DNA from: Mobula birostris
Lineage: Eukaryota
Direction: 5' to 3'
DNA: 64,000 nt
Assembly: GCF_030028105.1 (NCBI RefSeq)
Contig: NC_092378.1
Coordinates: 47,774,400 to 47,838,399, forward strand
How positions within the stretch are numbered: position 1 is the stretch's first letter; every line of letters begins with the position of its first letter. Below the pieces are notes generated by a model. It searched no databases. It was given only the letters and a program-made list of their open reading frames with translations, and was not told the DNA's origin. This document shows, piece by piece, positions 36,646-50,510 of this stretch. The translations under genes were made by a program, and so were the position numbers.

Positions 36646-38977
36646 ATCATATTGAGCACGTCTACATGGAGTGTTGTCCCAGGAGAACAGCATCCATCAT
36701 CAGGGACCCACCACCCAGGTCATGCTCTCTTCTCACTGCTGCCATCAGAAAGAAGATGTAGGAGCCCCAGGACTCACACCATCAGATTCAGGAACATTTA
36801 TTACTCTTCAACCATCAGACTCAAGAACAAAAGGGGATAACTTCTCTTGCCCCGTCACTGAAATGTTCTCACAACCTATGGACTCACTTTCAAGGACTTT
36901 TCATCACATGTTCTGGATACCTATCCATCTATTTTTGTACTTGCATGATTTGTTGTCTTTTGCACACTGGTTAAACACCCAGTTGGTGCAGTCTTTCATT
37001 AATTCTATTATGTTATTATTCTAAATTATGGATTTATTGTGATGAGAGTCCTTGATGAGGATGTCTTGGACTCAGATGCTGGAGTATCCGAGGCTGGGCT
37101 CGAGACATGGTCTCAAATGGGATTGAGAAACTGAGCACAGATCAAATGATAGACCAAATCACTGGTAGCACTGAACCTATGTTCAGGTGTTCCTTAAATA
37201 CTCATTTCTTGGCACCCAAAACATGATTATCAATTAACGGGAATGCCCCAAGCCCTTAAAGAGCCCATGCCAGCTATCTGCAGTCTCCAGAGTTAGAGTG
37301 TTTAAATCTTGAAAGCAGGCATGGTTGGGAGTGTCTCATAACATTTATTAAATAAGCCCACAAGAAAATTAATCTCAGGGTTGTATATGGTAATATTTAC
37401 CACATGTACTGTACTTTCATAATAAATTTACTTTGTTGAACTTTTGAACTTTGAACGCTACTTATCTGCACAGCCATGTTCAAAGATTTTTGGACTTGCA
37501 CACTAAGGTCCCTCTGTTCTGTAATAGTCAGTGTATATGCCCTAGCATCAACTGAACTCCTTAATTGCATCACTTCACATGTATCAGGATTAAACTCCTT
37601 CATTTCTCAGCCCATTTTACTGTTACAGTGATGTCACCTTATCATCAAAGACTACCCTATTAACCTGCAGGGAAGGAAATAATTTGGAAATGACTCACCT
37701 CTGGGTGCTTCTCTTTCTACGATATCACAAGAATGTATGGGTTGGTGGTTTAATTGGCGGTTTTAATTTGCTGTTATTGAGTTTGGTTGGAAGAATCTCG
37801 GAGGAGTTGATGAGAACGTACGAAGAATAAAATTGGATTACTATAAATGACTCAGCAGTGATCAGCAGGCAGTTTAATGCCAATTGCACAAATGCAAAGT
37901 CAGCTTTTCCAAGACTGCGACCAGCATGATCACAACTTTGGGGCAGGACGGTAGCACAGCGCTTTGCAGCACAGGCAACCTGGGTTCACTTCCTGCCACT
38001 GCCTGTAAGGAGTTTGTACGTTTTCCCCAAGCCCCAGTTTCCTCCCACAGTCCAAAGACTTACTGGTTGGTAGGTTAATTGGTCATTGTAAATTGTCCTG
38101 TGATTAGGCTGGGATTAAATTGTGGATTTGCTGGGCAGTGCAGCGGTAGGGCTGGAAGAGCCCACCCTGTGCTACACCTCAATTCAAAAAAATAAAAAAA
38201 GCTTTCTAGGTACTAGGTTTAACTCTGTTTTATTTCTTTCTCCAGTCATTGTGCTTCTAGCATGAGGTTGTAAGTGAAGATATTTCTGGGTTATGACCAA
38301 CACTTTCAATGTGTTTTAACAGAAACTTCCCAGCTAGTTACCCTATTAAATCAATGGCAACTGGGCATACATACAAACAGGAACACTTCACAGCTGCTTC
38401 TCCCTGTGACCAGATGGGTTTCCCCTGACTGCTTTTGTTTCTACCATATCACAAAAATGTGTGGGTTTGTGGTTTAGTTAATCATTCTAATTTGCCTTTT
38501 GTGTGGTTTGGCTGCAGAATCGCAGAAGAGTTGATGGGAGTGTGTGAAGAACAAAATGGGATTATTGTAAATGGACTCTCGATTGTCAGCACAAACTCAT
38601 TGAAGCAAAGGACCCACTTCAATGGTGTATGACTCTGAGTTCCTTATCCAGATCATTTAGTTAATTAAATTCAAAACATCCAGTCTGTTCATCCAGATCT
38701 CTGGCTTACTGAACCACTAGCCTAATCAGCACAGCACCAGAAAGTACCATAAACACTCACCAAATCAGACAGCTTCTATGGAGAGAAACAATTTCTGTTC
38801 TGATCAAACCTTAACTTTTTATATGTTTCCGCAAATCCTGCCTGACCTACTGAATACTTCTACCATTTTCTGCTTTTGTTTCAGATTTCCATTGTCTGCA
38901 ACTTTGTTATCTTCAAAAACACATTGAAACACTAAAACATAGAAAGTTTTTGTGTGGAAGGATTCAGTGCCAGTTAC

Positions 38978-39100
38978 CTGTACAAGACCTTCCATCCCCA
39001 GTGTAGCCAGGCCCACACACACACTGGAAAGAGCCGGGGCTGTTGGAACAGGAGGCCGAGCTGTGACAGTCGTGGCTCCCACTCTGACACTCATCCACAT
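38978..39100 (-). CDS. cbEGF exon type A6: [41 protein letters not shown]
   Basis: Acceptor ttccaaactccag|, donor CAG|gtaact. 123 nt, phase 1-1. Confidence 0.93.
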
Positions 39101-39149
39101 CTGGAGTTTGGAAGAAAAGAGAGAATTTTCTAGCGGGTCTATGGTATGA

Positions 39150-39464
39150 ATGTGTTGGCATGTGGCGGCATGTGGCCAGGTGGTTAAGGCATTCCTCTAG
39201 TGATCTGAAGGTCGCTAGTTCGAGCCTTGGCTGAGGCAACGTGTTGAGTCCTTGAGCAAGGCACTTAACCACATAGTGCTCTGTGACGACACCAGTGCCA
39301 AGCTGTATCAGCCCTAATGCCCTTCCCTTGGACAACGTCGGTGGCGTGGAGAGGGGAGACTTGTAGCATGGGCAACTGCTGGTCTTCCATAAAACCTTGC
39401 CCAGGCCTGCACCCTGGAAACCTCCCAAGGCACAAATCCATGGTCTCACGAGACTAATGGATGC
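39150..39464 (+). mobile_element. tRNA-derived SINE with 11-bp TSD
   Basis: A-box-like tggccaggtgg and B-box agttcgagcc; TSD ctatggtatga at 39139-39149 and 39465-39475. Confidence 0.75.
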
Positions 39465-39636
39465 CTATGGTATGAGAATCATAAGGTATTCAATCTTTTT
39501 TCCCCATCCGATGATTAAAGTATCTAATTCTATCATTGTCCTTGACTGAGGTGAAAATCTATCACTTCAGTGTGTGATTCCATTAAAGAAACTAATGAAA
39601 AGAGATTTCCACAATGGAAGATTCAATGCCTGTTGC

Positions 39637-39760
39637 CTGTACAAGCCCTCCCGCACCCAGTGCACCAGCCCAACACACACACACTGGAAAGAGCCAAGTT
39701 TGTTGGAACAGGAAGCCGAGCTGTGGCAGTCACGGCTTCTACTCCGATACTCATCCACAA
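39637..39760 (-). pseudogene. Dead type-A cbEGF exon (full length)
   Basis: Acceptor ag changed to gg, donor gt to gc, first Cys to Tyr (DEYRSRSRDC). 124 nt, a net +1 frameshift beside the TG run. Confidence 0.88.
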
Positions 39761-40729
39761 CCGGAGGAAAGAGAATTCACTGGAAGGCCCGGAACTGTAT
39801 GAAGGTTCAACTTTCACTGCAACATGAACAGATTTAGTCCCAAAAGTTTAACCAAACTGATTCAACTTGATTCTTCACCCAACAAACCTCATCTGGGATA
39901 TTGCAAATGATGAGGTAGAAAACGTCAATAAAATATAAACTAACACCCATAACAGTTTCCTCATCACTAGAACTGCAGATGCATGTGATCTTCCAAATCT
40001 CCTCTGCAAACATGTTATCAAATTAGATTTGCATTTTTTTTTAAATTCTAAAAACAGTACTTTTGTCAATAAATGGTGCAAAACAAAAATATTAACACAA
40101 GTGGTTCTGCAGATGCAGGAAATGCAGAGCAAAGCTCAAAATGCTGGAAAAACTCAGCAAGTCAGGCAGCATCTACAGAGAGGAATAAACATCCAACATT
40201 TTGAGCTGAGACTCTTCATCAAGTCTGAAAAGAAAGGGAGTGGAAATCATAATAAGAAGCTAGGGATGGAGAAGGAGCACAAGCTGGCAAGGGATAGTTG
40301 AAGCCAGGTGAGGGGGAAGATAGGTGAGAGCAGGTGTGATGAAGTAGGAAGCTGGAAAGTGATAGATGGACCTGTTAAAGGGCTGAAGAGAAGGAATCTA
40401 ATAGGAGGAGAACCTGGACCATGGAAGAACCAGCCAGAGGTGATGAGCAACTGCAGAGAAGAGAAGGGGTGAGAGGGTAACCAGAATGGGGAATTGTAAA
40501 AGAGGAGTGAAGGGGAGAAATTACTGGAAATTGGAGAAATCAATACCATCAGGTTAGAGGCTGCCCAGAGTGTTGCTGCAGAGATCTATAGCGGTTGCTT
40601 CTCCAACCTGAGTTTGGCCTCATCATGGCATTAGGAGAGACCATGGACTGGCACGTCAGAATAGGGATTGGTCAGGACATGCCTTCTTCTCATTGCTACC
40701 ATCAAGAAGTACAGGAGCCTGAAGATACA

Positions 40730-41468
40730 CACAACCTCTCCCTCAATGTCGCAAAAACAAAGGAGCTGATTGTGGATTACAGGAGGAATGGAGACGGGTT
40801 TACCCCTTTTGACATCAATGGATCTGGGGTTTAGAGGGTAAACAGCTTCAAGTTCCTCGGCATCCACATCATTGAGGACCCCACGTTGTCTGTACACACC
40901 AGCTGTGTGGTGAAAAAGGCACAACAGCGCCGCTTGCAGCTCAGGCGGTTGAGGAAGTTTGGTATGGGCCCCCAAATCCTAAGAACTTTTTACAGGGGCA
41001 CAACTGAGAGCATCCTGACTGGCTGCATCACTGCCTGGTATGGGAACTGTACTTCCCTTAATCACAGGACTCTGCAGAAAGTGGTGTGGACAGCCCAGTG
41101 CATCTGTAGTTGTGAACTTCCCATGATTCAGGACATTTACAAAGACAGGTGTGTAACAAGGGCCTGTAGGATCATTGTGGACCTGAGTCATCCCAACCAC
41201 AATCTATTCCAGCTGTTACCATCCAGGAAATGGTATCACAGCATAAAAGCCAGGACCAACAGGCTCCAGGACAACTTTTTCCACCAGGCCATCAGACTGA
41301 TGAACTCATGCTGATTTGAGTGTACTCTATATTACATTGACTGTTCTATTTATTATAACTTGTTATAAATTACTATGATTACACATTACACATTTAGACA
41401 GAGATGTAATGTAAAGAGTTTTACTCATGTATGTGAAGGATGTAAGAAATAAAGTCAATTCAATTCAA
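40730..41468 (+). mobile_element. Rex1/L2-like non-LTR 3' fragment inserted in a Penelope-derived element
   Basis: NLSLNVAKTKELIVDYRR and KKAQQR..LRRLRKFG..FYRGTTESILTGCITAWYG; (caatt)n tail. Confidence 0.75.
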
Positions 41469-41861
41469 CAGCATTTTGGAAACAGGTTCTTCTCCTCTGC
41501 CATCGTATTTCTGAATGGTTCATGAACCAAATACACTATGTCACTTTTTTTTCCTCTTTTTTGCTCTCTTTTTGCACTACTTATTTATTTTTTTCTAAAT
41601 AGATTATTATTGAAATTTATGTTTTTATTATCATGTATTGCAATATACTGATGCAACAGGTTTCATTATATATGCCAGTGATATTAAACCTGATTCAAGT
41701 CTGATTCTGAATGGGAAGTCAAAAATGAAATGGGTGGCCACTAGGAGATCCTACATTTTGCAGTGGACAGAGCAAAGGTGCGTGATAAAGTGGTTCCCCC
41801 AATCTGTGTTGGGTGTCACCAATGTAGAGGAAGCCACACTAGGGACACAGGATACCATGGA

Positions 41862-42046
41862 NNNNNNNNNNNNNNNNNNNNNNNNNNNNNNNNNNNNNNN
41901 NNNNNNNNNNNNNNNNNNNNNNNNNNNNNNNNNNNNNNNNNNNNNNNNNNNNNNNNNNNNNNNNNNNNNNNNNNNNNNNNNNNNNNNNNNNNNNNNNNNN
42001 NNNNNNNNNNNNNNNNNNNNNNNNNNNNNNNNNNNNNNNNNNNNNN
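41862..42046. other. Assembly gap
   Basis: Run of N. Confidence 1.
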
Positions 42047-45000
42047 AGCAGCAAGGATGTCTCTCCATGCTCTTTTCCAAGCATTGCAGCAGCAGCAAAC
42101 CAGGGCTCAGGTGGACAGGACCTCCACCATTGGCTCCTCCATTGGAATAACAGGGAGTTGTTAGCCATGAAGTACTTCAAAGGGTGACATAGCCGTGTCA
42201 GAAGAGCCGTGTAAATTGTGGGACGGCTTGGCCCAGAGCAGATACTTTTTCCATGTGAAGGCAGTGAGGCACTGCAGAAACTTCTCCACTTGTTGATTGA
42301 CTCTCTCTGACTGACCATTGGTTTGCGGATGATAGCTAGAAGACAAATTTACTGAGCTGTGGAGGAGGGAACGGTTGGCTCGCCAGAAGCAGGAGACGAA
42401 TTGTTGGCCCTGATCAGATACAATGTCCTGAGGGAAGCCATGGAGGCGAACTACATGGCAGAAGTTTGGGGAGAGAAATAAAGTGCCACGCCTTGGAGAA
42501 CTGGTCCTCCATTGTTGTGATCATTGCGACCCCATTAGAAGTGGCAACCCTCTAATGAAATCCACAGTGATGTGGGATCACGGGCCTCAAAGGACCAGCA
42601 GGAGCCAGTGGGCACTGATTGGAGGAATTGGAATGGGCACATTAGGGGCAGGCCATGAATGATGTGCATCAGCAATCATAGTGGACCACCAGAAGCAGCA
42701 CTGCAGAAGATCCAGACTCTGTTGTTAGTCTGGAAGGCCAGAGAGAGAGAGAGGCATATGGAGTGAGCCCACTGGAGTGCCTCAGAGCACACCGCTGCCA
42801 GCACAAACATGAGCTTGTCAGCTGGAGCAGGCTTGTGCTGTAACGCCTGGCGGATCTGGTCTCAAGGTCCCAGATGATTGGCATGAAGATCTGGGATGAT
42901 GGAATGATGAGCTGAGAGTCGAGCTCTGTTTCAGCTGGTTCACTCAGGGTGAATGCCTTAGTGTTCTTGGAACTGGGTAGTTGGAGATGGTGAAGTTGAA
43001 TTGCTCAAAGAAGAGGGCCCATCTAACCAACATGGGTTGAGTTGGTGGGACTGTTGAATGGATATAAGGTTCTGTTGGTCAGTCCCGATAAGGGCATGGT
43101 GTTTCCTGTCAGTCAATGTCTCCATCCCTCCATGTGACGGCAGGTAGTCAGTCTCCTACTCCATACCATGCTGTGTAGAGTTGAACTTAAGTGAGAACGC
43201 ACAGAAGTGCGTTATCGCATTCGGTCCTCGCTGGAAGAGGATGGCCTCTGAGCTCACGTCAAATGCGACCAGCTCTACCACAAAAGGATCAGAGTGGTTT
43301 GGATGGCGGGGAATGGGAGCGGTGGCAAAGCATCTCTTGAGCTTCTCGAAAGTGTGGTCTGCAACAGCTGACCGTTTCATCTGTGAGGTAGGTGATTCGG
43401 TGAGGGAGGTGGGAAGAGCAGCGATTTGGCTGTAGATCCTGATGAAGTGACGGTAGAAGTCAGAGAAACCCAGGAAGTGCTGTGGCTGTTTGAGGGACCA
43501 CAATCAATGCCATTCAACGATGCTGCACACTTTCCATGGTTATAGCTTGGGATGAAAGGGCATAACCCAGGAAGGAAATGACTGAGGCATGGAACTGGCA
43601 TTTCTCTAACTTGTGTTTTTGAGGAGATACTGAGGGATTGAATGGACGTGACAGACGAGGTCTTGGGAGTCCTTGGAGAAGTCAGGGAAATACCTGTGCA
43701 CCATGTCTCAGAGGATATCATTGATGCCCTTCGGACTTTCCAACAGCCTAGCATTTTCCAAACCTGCATCATAGTAGCCAGTGGGTGTTATGAATGCTGT
43801 CTTGCACGTGTCTTCCTGGCAGATGTGGATCAGGTTTTACTTGCCTTATAGATCCAGTTTCGTGAAGATATGGACCTGGTGGGGTGTTTCAGATGCACAA
43901 TCCAGTAAGGGAAAAGAGTAGTGGTTCTTAATCTCTCTGGATGCCACAGTAGCGTAGGTGTTGGCACGATGCTATTACAGATTAGGATGTTAGGGTTCAG
44001 AGTTCAATCTGGCGTCTTCTGTAAGGAGTTTGTACGTCCTCCAAGTGGAATGCATGGGTTTTCTCTAGATGCTCCAGTTCCTTCCACAGAGTCTGTTAGT
44101 AGGTTAATTGGTCATTGTAAATTGATTAGGCTAGGGTTAAATCGGGGTTGCTAGGCAACACAGTTTAAAGGGCCAATAGGGCCTATTCCATGCAATATCT
44201 CTAAATTAATGGTGATTTTGTTGTCCACAGTAGTGCAAGGATGGAGACCCCATATTTCTTTTTGACAAAGAAGAATCCTGCACTGGCTGGGCAGAGGGAT
44301 AGTTGAATGAAACAGCACTCTAGCACTTCGGCAACATATCATTTCATGGCTTAGGTCTTAGGAGGAGAGAAGAACAGATGACCTTAGGAGAGATGGTGCC
44401 TGGGAGGAGGTTGATCGTGCAGTCGTGTGGTTTGTGAAGCAGCAGGACGCTGACTTCCCTCTTACTGAAGGCAGTCGCAAGTTCATGATATTCCTGTGGG
44501 TGTTTGGTGAGGTTGAGGGTTTCCCCTGTCTCCACTGATCTACGGAGTGAAGTTAACTGAAGTTGCAGGCAGGTGGTCTAGCAAGTGAGTCCCCAGCATA
44601 GCAGTGAACTGGATGACCAGGCAAAGTGAGGGAGAGCTATGGGTAACTCAAGACGAGGGGAGTGTTACATGAGTTGATCGGGGGAATTGGATGGACACAA
44701 AGTGGCCTCTGATGTTTATGTTCTCAGGCCAAGTGCTGAGTTCTCGCTCTGACCACCCAAGACCCCAGAGGACGTCCGTCACTGGCTGTGATGCAAAAGG
44801 CATGATAGAAAGTCTAAGCTGTACACACGGAATCTGGTCCAAAAAGTTGCTTGCTGTGCCAGAGTCCACCAGAGCCTCCTGTGCACGTGGAGCCATTGAG
44901 TTGTGGAGCAGGACAGAGAGAGCGATTCGGGCTATGGTGCTGGAACGAGAGGCCAAGGGGAACTTGCCAGGTAGAAGCCTCTCGTCTCTACCTGGTGGTG

Positions 45001-46152
45001 CTGTTTCCCGGATGCAGCGTGCGATTGTGGTCAGCTGCTCTGTGGTAGGTGCACAAGTTGTTTCTTCACCAATGATCACAATCGTGGGGTGCTAAGGGAG
45101 CTCTCCCTAATTGCCTGGGTCCTGGAGGCACCTGTTGCCTGAAATGATTCTGGAATGAAACTGGGGGTCCGGCCAATGACCTGGAGGGTTATTTTATAAG
45201 ATGCTTGTCGATATGGTGGGCCAGAGTGATGAGGCTTTTGAGGTTGGTGGGCTCCTCCCGGGTCGACAGCATGTCTATTAAGTGCTTTGAGAGTCTGCGA
45301 TGGTAATGGCGCTTCTGCCTTCCAGCCACACTCCACTGAAAGTGTCCTGAATTCCACAGTGTAATCCAGCACTGAGTGTCAGCCTTGATGCTCAGTATCC
45401 GATTTCCTGCCCCCCTTCCGCTTCCCAGATGGTCGAAAACCAAGGGCATCTCAGCAATGAATTCCTTATGTTTATTGCATATGGTGGCTTCATTGTTCCA
45501 GTTAGCGGCAGCCAAGAGAGAGACGATGAAGACAATCTTGGCTCAGTCTGTAGAATACAGAAATGACTGGAGCTTTAAGTGTAAGTCACACTGGGCCAAC
45601 AAGTTGCAGCATTGGGTTGAAGCACTCAGGCAGCGGAACCTGGGGCTCTGAAGGAGGAAGTTGACTGTCACAGGGTTCCTGTATTGAGACAGTCAGTTGG
45701 AAGAGACTGGTGAACAGATGGTCAATGGTTTCCTGCTGTTTCTGGATCCCATGCTCACGTTGACAGACGACTTACTTTAAGTGAGTTTACTCTGCTGGGC
45801 TGGTCAATGGTTCACTCATCCTGTCAGGAAATGTACAGGAGGCTTGACCCAACAGCAGAGCCGTGGAGATAATTCAGCAGCAAACAATAACTTTAGTAAT
45901 GGACCACAATTATAAAGATAACTAGCCATGAGAGGCCACAAAATAAGAGAGAACAGATAGTAAATACCACAGGCAACAAAGTAACTGAAGGCTGGGAGAA
46001 TCTGATTGAGACTGGCTGGTTCTGTGGGTGAACAGGTACTATAGATGAGAACTGGGTTTAAATAGGCTGCAGCTGATGAGTAGAAATGAGTGGCAGCTGA
46101 TTTCCGTTAGCTGGGAAGAGACTGGGAGGTGTCTGCATGTGTCAGCCCGACA
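42047..46152 (-). mobile_element. Degenerate Ty3/Gypsy (chromovirus/Sushi-like) LTR retrotransposon with 5' LTR at 45822-46152
   Basis: TG..CA LTR; gag (EFIAEMPLVFDH, DYTVEFRTL); protease ALVDSGTASNFL; RT/RNaseH (FLGFSDFYRHFI, DPFVVELVAFDV); integrase SSSYHPQTNGQSERVNQ. A SINE is inserted at ~43945-44210. The 3' end runs into the gap. Confidence 0.85.
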
Positions 46153-46339
46153 CTCGAGGGGTTCTCCATCCACAGGATGGACTGAGTGGCAGCATCAGGA
46201 AGGATAAAGGCGGCAGCATCTGCTTCATGAAAAACTCATGGTGTAGCAGTTTTCTCTCTCTCTTGTTCTTCCATCCTGGAACATCTAATAATTATGTGCT
46301 CACCACTTGACTTATTACCCTAGAGGATTATAAAACTGC

Positions 46340-49300
46340 CAAAAAAAGAACTCAAGAAAGGAATTAGGAAAGCCAAGAGGGCCATAAAAGGTCATTGGCA
46401 AGTACAATTAACAAGAATCCCAAAGCATACATCAGAAGTAGAAGAATAATAGAGACAGGGTGGGACCACTCGAGAATAAAGGGGGAAACATTTGCTTGGA
46501 TGCGAAGGATGTGAGTGAGGTCCTTAATGAGTACTTTACATCAGTATTTTTTCAAGGAAAAAGACACGGAGTATGGGGAGATCAGTGCTGAGAGTATTAA
46601 TATGCTAGGGCATTTTAAGGTAAAGGAGGTGGTAGTGTTGGGTCTCTTAAAGAGTATTAATGTGGATATCCCCAGAGCCTGATGTGATATATCCCAGGTT
46701 ATTGACAGAGGCAATGAAGAGATTGCTGAGGCCTTGACCAATATCTTTGTACCCTCTCCATTATCAGACGAGGTCCTGAAGAACCGATAAGTAGCTAATG
46801 TTATTCTGTTGTTCAAGGAGGGGACTAGCAATAATCCAGGAAACCATAGACTGGTGAGTCTCACATCAGGGGTAGGGAAGTCCTGGAGAAGATTCTTAGG
46901 GATAGGATTTATGAGCATTAGAACAACCATGGCCTAATTAGGGAGAGCCAGCATTGTACGGGGCAAGTGTTGACTTACTTAACTTGATTGTGTCTTTTTT
47001 GCTAAGGTAACAAGGGTAATTGATGAAGATGGACTGTGGATGTTATCTACATGGATTTTTGTAAGGTGCTTGACCAGTTCCCTCATGGGAGGCTCATCCA
47101 GAAGATTAAGATGCATGGGATCAATGGTGAATTGGCCATTTGGACTCAGAAATGGTTTGCTCATGGAAGACAGAAGGCAGTGGTCAAAGGGACTTTCTCT
47201 AGTTTGTGATTAGTGGTGTAACAGATGGATTTATACTGGTACGTCTGCTGTTGTAATGTATATAAATGACCTGAATGAAAATATAAACATGAGGAAATCT
47301 GCAGATGCTGGAATTTCAAGCAACACACACAAAAAAATGCTGGTGAATGCAGCAGGCCAGGCAGCATCTATAGGAAGAGGCACAATCGATGTTTCAGGCC
47401 GAGACCCTTCATCAGGACTAACTGAAAGAAGAGATAGTAAGAGATTTGAAAATGGGAGGGGGAGGGGGAGATCCAAAATGATAGGAGAAGACAGGAGGGG
47501 GAGGGATGGAGCCAAGAGTTGGAAAGTTGATTGGCAAAAGGGATATGAGGCTGGAGAAGGGAGGCCTAGGGAGAAAGAAAGGGGGAGGGGGGAAGCCCAA
47601 AGGATGGGCAAGGAGTTATAGTGAGAGGGACAGAGGGAGAAAAAGGAGAGAGAGAGAGAGAAAAAAAATTAATAATAATTGTATGATCTTTATTGTCATT
47701 ATATATAAATACAATGTTTGACTTCCTCTCAGGTAATTAAATAAAGCGGTAGATAAAAACAAGACAGTAGTAGGAAAACAGTATTAAATAGATAAGTAGC
47801 AGAAAATAATTAATAAATAAATAAATAAATAACGGATGGGGTACGAGGGGGAGATGGGGCATTAACGGAAGTTAGAGAAGTCAATGTTCATGCCATCAGG
47901 TTGGAGGCTACCCAGACGGAATATAAGGTGCTGTTCCTCCAACCTGAGTGTGGCTTCATCTTGACAGTAAATATAGATGGATGGGTTAGTATGTTTGCAG
48001 ATGAATTGAAGATTGGTGGTGTTGTGAATAATGTAGATGATTGGCAAAGAACACAGTGAAACTTAGAACAGTTGCAGATATGGGTGGGGAAATGGCAGGT
48101 GGAGTTTAACCTGGACAAATTCGAAGTATTGCATCTTGGTTGGTCAAAAGCTAAGAGGTAGCACACTGTTAAGAGCAAAGCCCTTAATTGTGTCACTGAG
48201 CAGAGGGATCTTGGGGTCCAAGTGCATAGTTCCTGAAAGTGGCTACACAGGTCGATAGGGTGGTTAAGAAGGCATATGGCATGCTTGCTTAATTAGTCAA
48301 GGCATTGAGTTCAAAAGTCAGGAACTTATTTTGCAACTTTATAAAATTCTGGGAGGCGGAATGAAGCTAAGATGGCGCTAAATGGCAACTCCTTTGGTTG
48401 CCTCTTCAGAAACAGCTCTATTTCCATCTTTAATATCTTTATTTTTCCCTTTCAGGGTTCTTTTGAAGACCCTGACCTGGAGTTATGCTCTGACTTCAGT
48501 TCTTTGTGGGAATGGGACCTGTTCTCGGGGGTTTCAGGACTGGCTATTGTTCAGCATGCCAAGGGTTCGACCTGAGAGTTCGGCTCAGATTTGGAAGCCT
48601 AAGATCTCAGGGTTCTGGTGGCGGGTGGATCGAGGGTCGGTGTCACAGCAGGAGACCCGCGTGTCGTGGGGGGAGTCGGAAAATCTACTGCTGTGTGCCC
48701 GAAGACCCAGGATCTTTGAGATCTTTGAGAACAGAGCTCGGAAAAAGTGACAAAACGGACTTATAACATCATAAACCAGTGAGTTGTTTGTTATGTTCCC
48801 CCGCTCACTGGGAAAAACAGAGACACCTCCTTCTCCTTTATTAGGGAGTGAGAGACCCTGTGGTATGTCGAATGCCGGTTGAAAGGTGAAGTCTTTGGGG
48901 GTAACTGCAAGTCTGTATCTTTGCTATTGCTTTGCTCATGCTTGAGTGCTTGGTGGTGGGTGCTGATGCTTTTTTTTGCTGATGGGGGAGGGGGGATTGT
49001 TGCTGCTGCTTACGCACGGGAGGGAGGGGAGCTGGGGGGGGCACTTTGGGGTCCTTACGTTTAACTGTCGTTCATTCTTTGGGGCACTCCTCTGTTTTCG
49101 TGGATGTTTGTGAAGAAAAAGTATTTCAGGATGTATATTGTATACATTTCTCTGACATTAAATTGGACCTTTGAATCATTGAACCTTTGAACTTTAATTA
49201 GGCTGCATCTGGAGTATTGCATACACTGCTGGTCACTCTTTTATAGGAAGGATGTTGAGGCTTTGGAAAGTACGGAAGAGGTTTACCAGTGTTTTGCCTG

Positions 49301-49640
49301 GATTAGGGGGCATATGCTTTCACAAGAGGTTGAACAAACTTGGGTTGTTTTGTCTGAAGCGGCAGAGGCTGAGTGGAGATTTGAAAGAAATTTATAAGAT
49401 TATGAGAGGCATAGATAGAGTAAACAAACAATATCTTTTCCCCTTGGTTGAAAAGTCTAATTCCAGTGGGCATACATTTAGGATGAGAGAGGGTAATTTC
49501 AAAGGATTTGCAAGGGGCAATTAGTTTTTACACAGAGTGGTGGGTGCCTGGAACTGTCTGGGGTGGTGGTAGAGACAGATATATTAGGGACTTTTAAGAG
49601 ATGTTTAGATAGGCACAAGAATGTGAGGAAGATGGAGGGA
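46340..49640 (+). mobile_element. CR1 ORF2 fragment with nested Penelope-derived (~47285-47965) and SINE-like (~48352-49190) insertions
   Basis: CR1 RT remnants (NPGNHRLVSLTS, QRDLGVQVH, KRLNKLGLFCL). The PLE insert carries ATLRLEEQHLIFRLGSLQPDGMNIDFSNFR. Confidence 0.8.
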
Positions 49641-50029
49641 TATGAACATTGTAGGTAGGAGAGATTAGCTTAGTTGGCCATTTAATTACTAATTTATTTC
49701 ATTCAGCACCAATTTGTTGTTCAAAGGGCCTGTACCTGTGCAGTTCTGTTCTGTATTCTATGTTCTATATTCTACTAACTGAGAGAGTCCTCTGATATGA
49801 TCCTGACCACAGTTTACATTCCACCAAAGGCAGGTGTTAAGCAAGCACTCAATGTATCGAGTATTTTACAATTAACAATAAAAAATGACCTATCCTGACA
49901 TCTTTGACATTGTTGCCGGGGACTTCAGTAGGGCTAGCTTGAAGAAATCTTGAAACAGCCCAACAACCATCACCTGCAACATCAGAGGACCCAACACACT
50001 CAGAGCTGAATAAATGATTCAGTTTGCTA

Positions 50030-50220
50030 AGAAACACACACAAAATTCTGGAGGAGCTCAGCAGGCCAGATAGCATCTATGAAAAAAAGTGTAGTTGACG
50101 TTTTGGGCCAAAACATCGACTGCACTCTTTTCCATAGATGCTCCTGGCCTGCTGAGTTCCTCCAGTATTTTGTGTGTGTTGCTTGGATTTCCAGCATCTG
50201 CAGATTTTCTCCTGTTTGCA
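50030..50220. mobile_element. Penelope-derived hairpin element
   Basis: Inverted arms aacacacacaaaattctggaggagctcagcaggcca / tggcctgctgagttcctccagtattttgtgtgtgtt. Confidence 0.7.
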
Positions 50221-50387
50221 ACTTGTTGAAAAGTTGAGCAACAGATGAATTAATCTTCTGAGTCTATCTTGTCTTTGAATGGGACAAAATTCTTGGATTT
50301 TGACAAATTATCACTTCACTGAGAGATTCTGTCAAACAAACAACTGAACTGAGAGATTTCCACAGTGAAAAATTCAGTACCAGTTAC

Positions 50388-50510
50388 CTGTACAAGTCCT
50401 TCCATTCCCAGTGTACCCAGCCCCACACACACACTGGAAAGAGCCGGGGCTGTTGGAACAGGAGGCTGAGCTGTGACAGACATGGCTTCCACTCTGACAC
50501 TCATCCACAT
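50388..50510 (-). CDS. cbEGF exon type A5: [41 protein letters not shown]
   Basis: Acceptor ttcaaaactccag|, donor CAG|gtaact. 123 nt, phase 1-1. Confidence 0.92.

Noticed and set aside
37699-37716. 18-nt micro-exon candidate (tag|AAAGAGAAGCACCCAGAG|gtgagt)
   Set aside because: The donor is perfect, but the segment lies in a decayed SINE-like sequence and the acceptor is poor.
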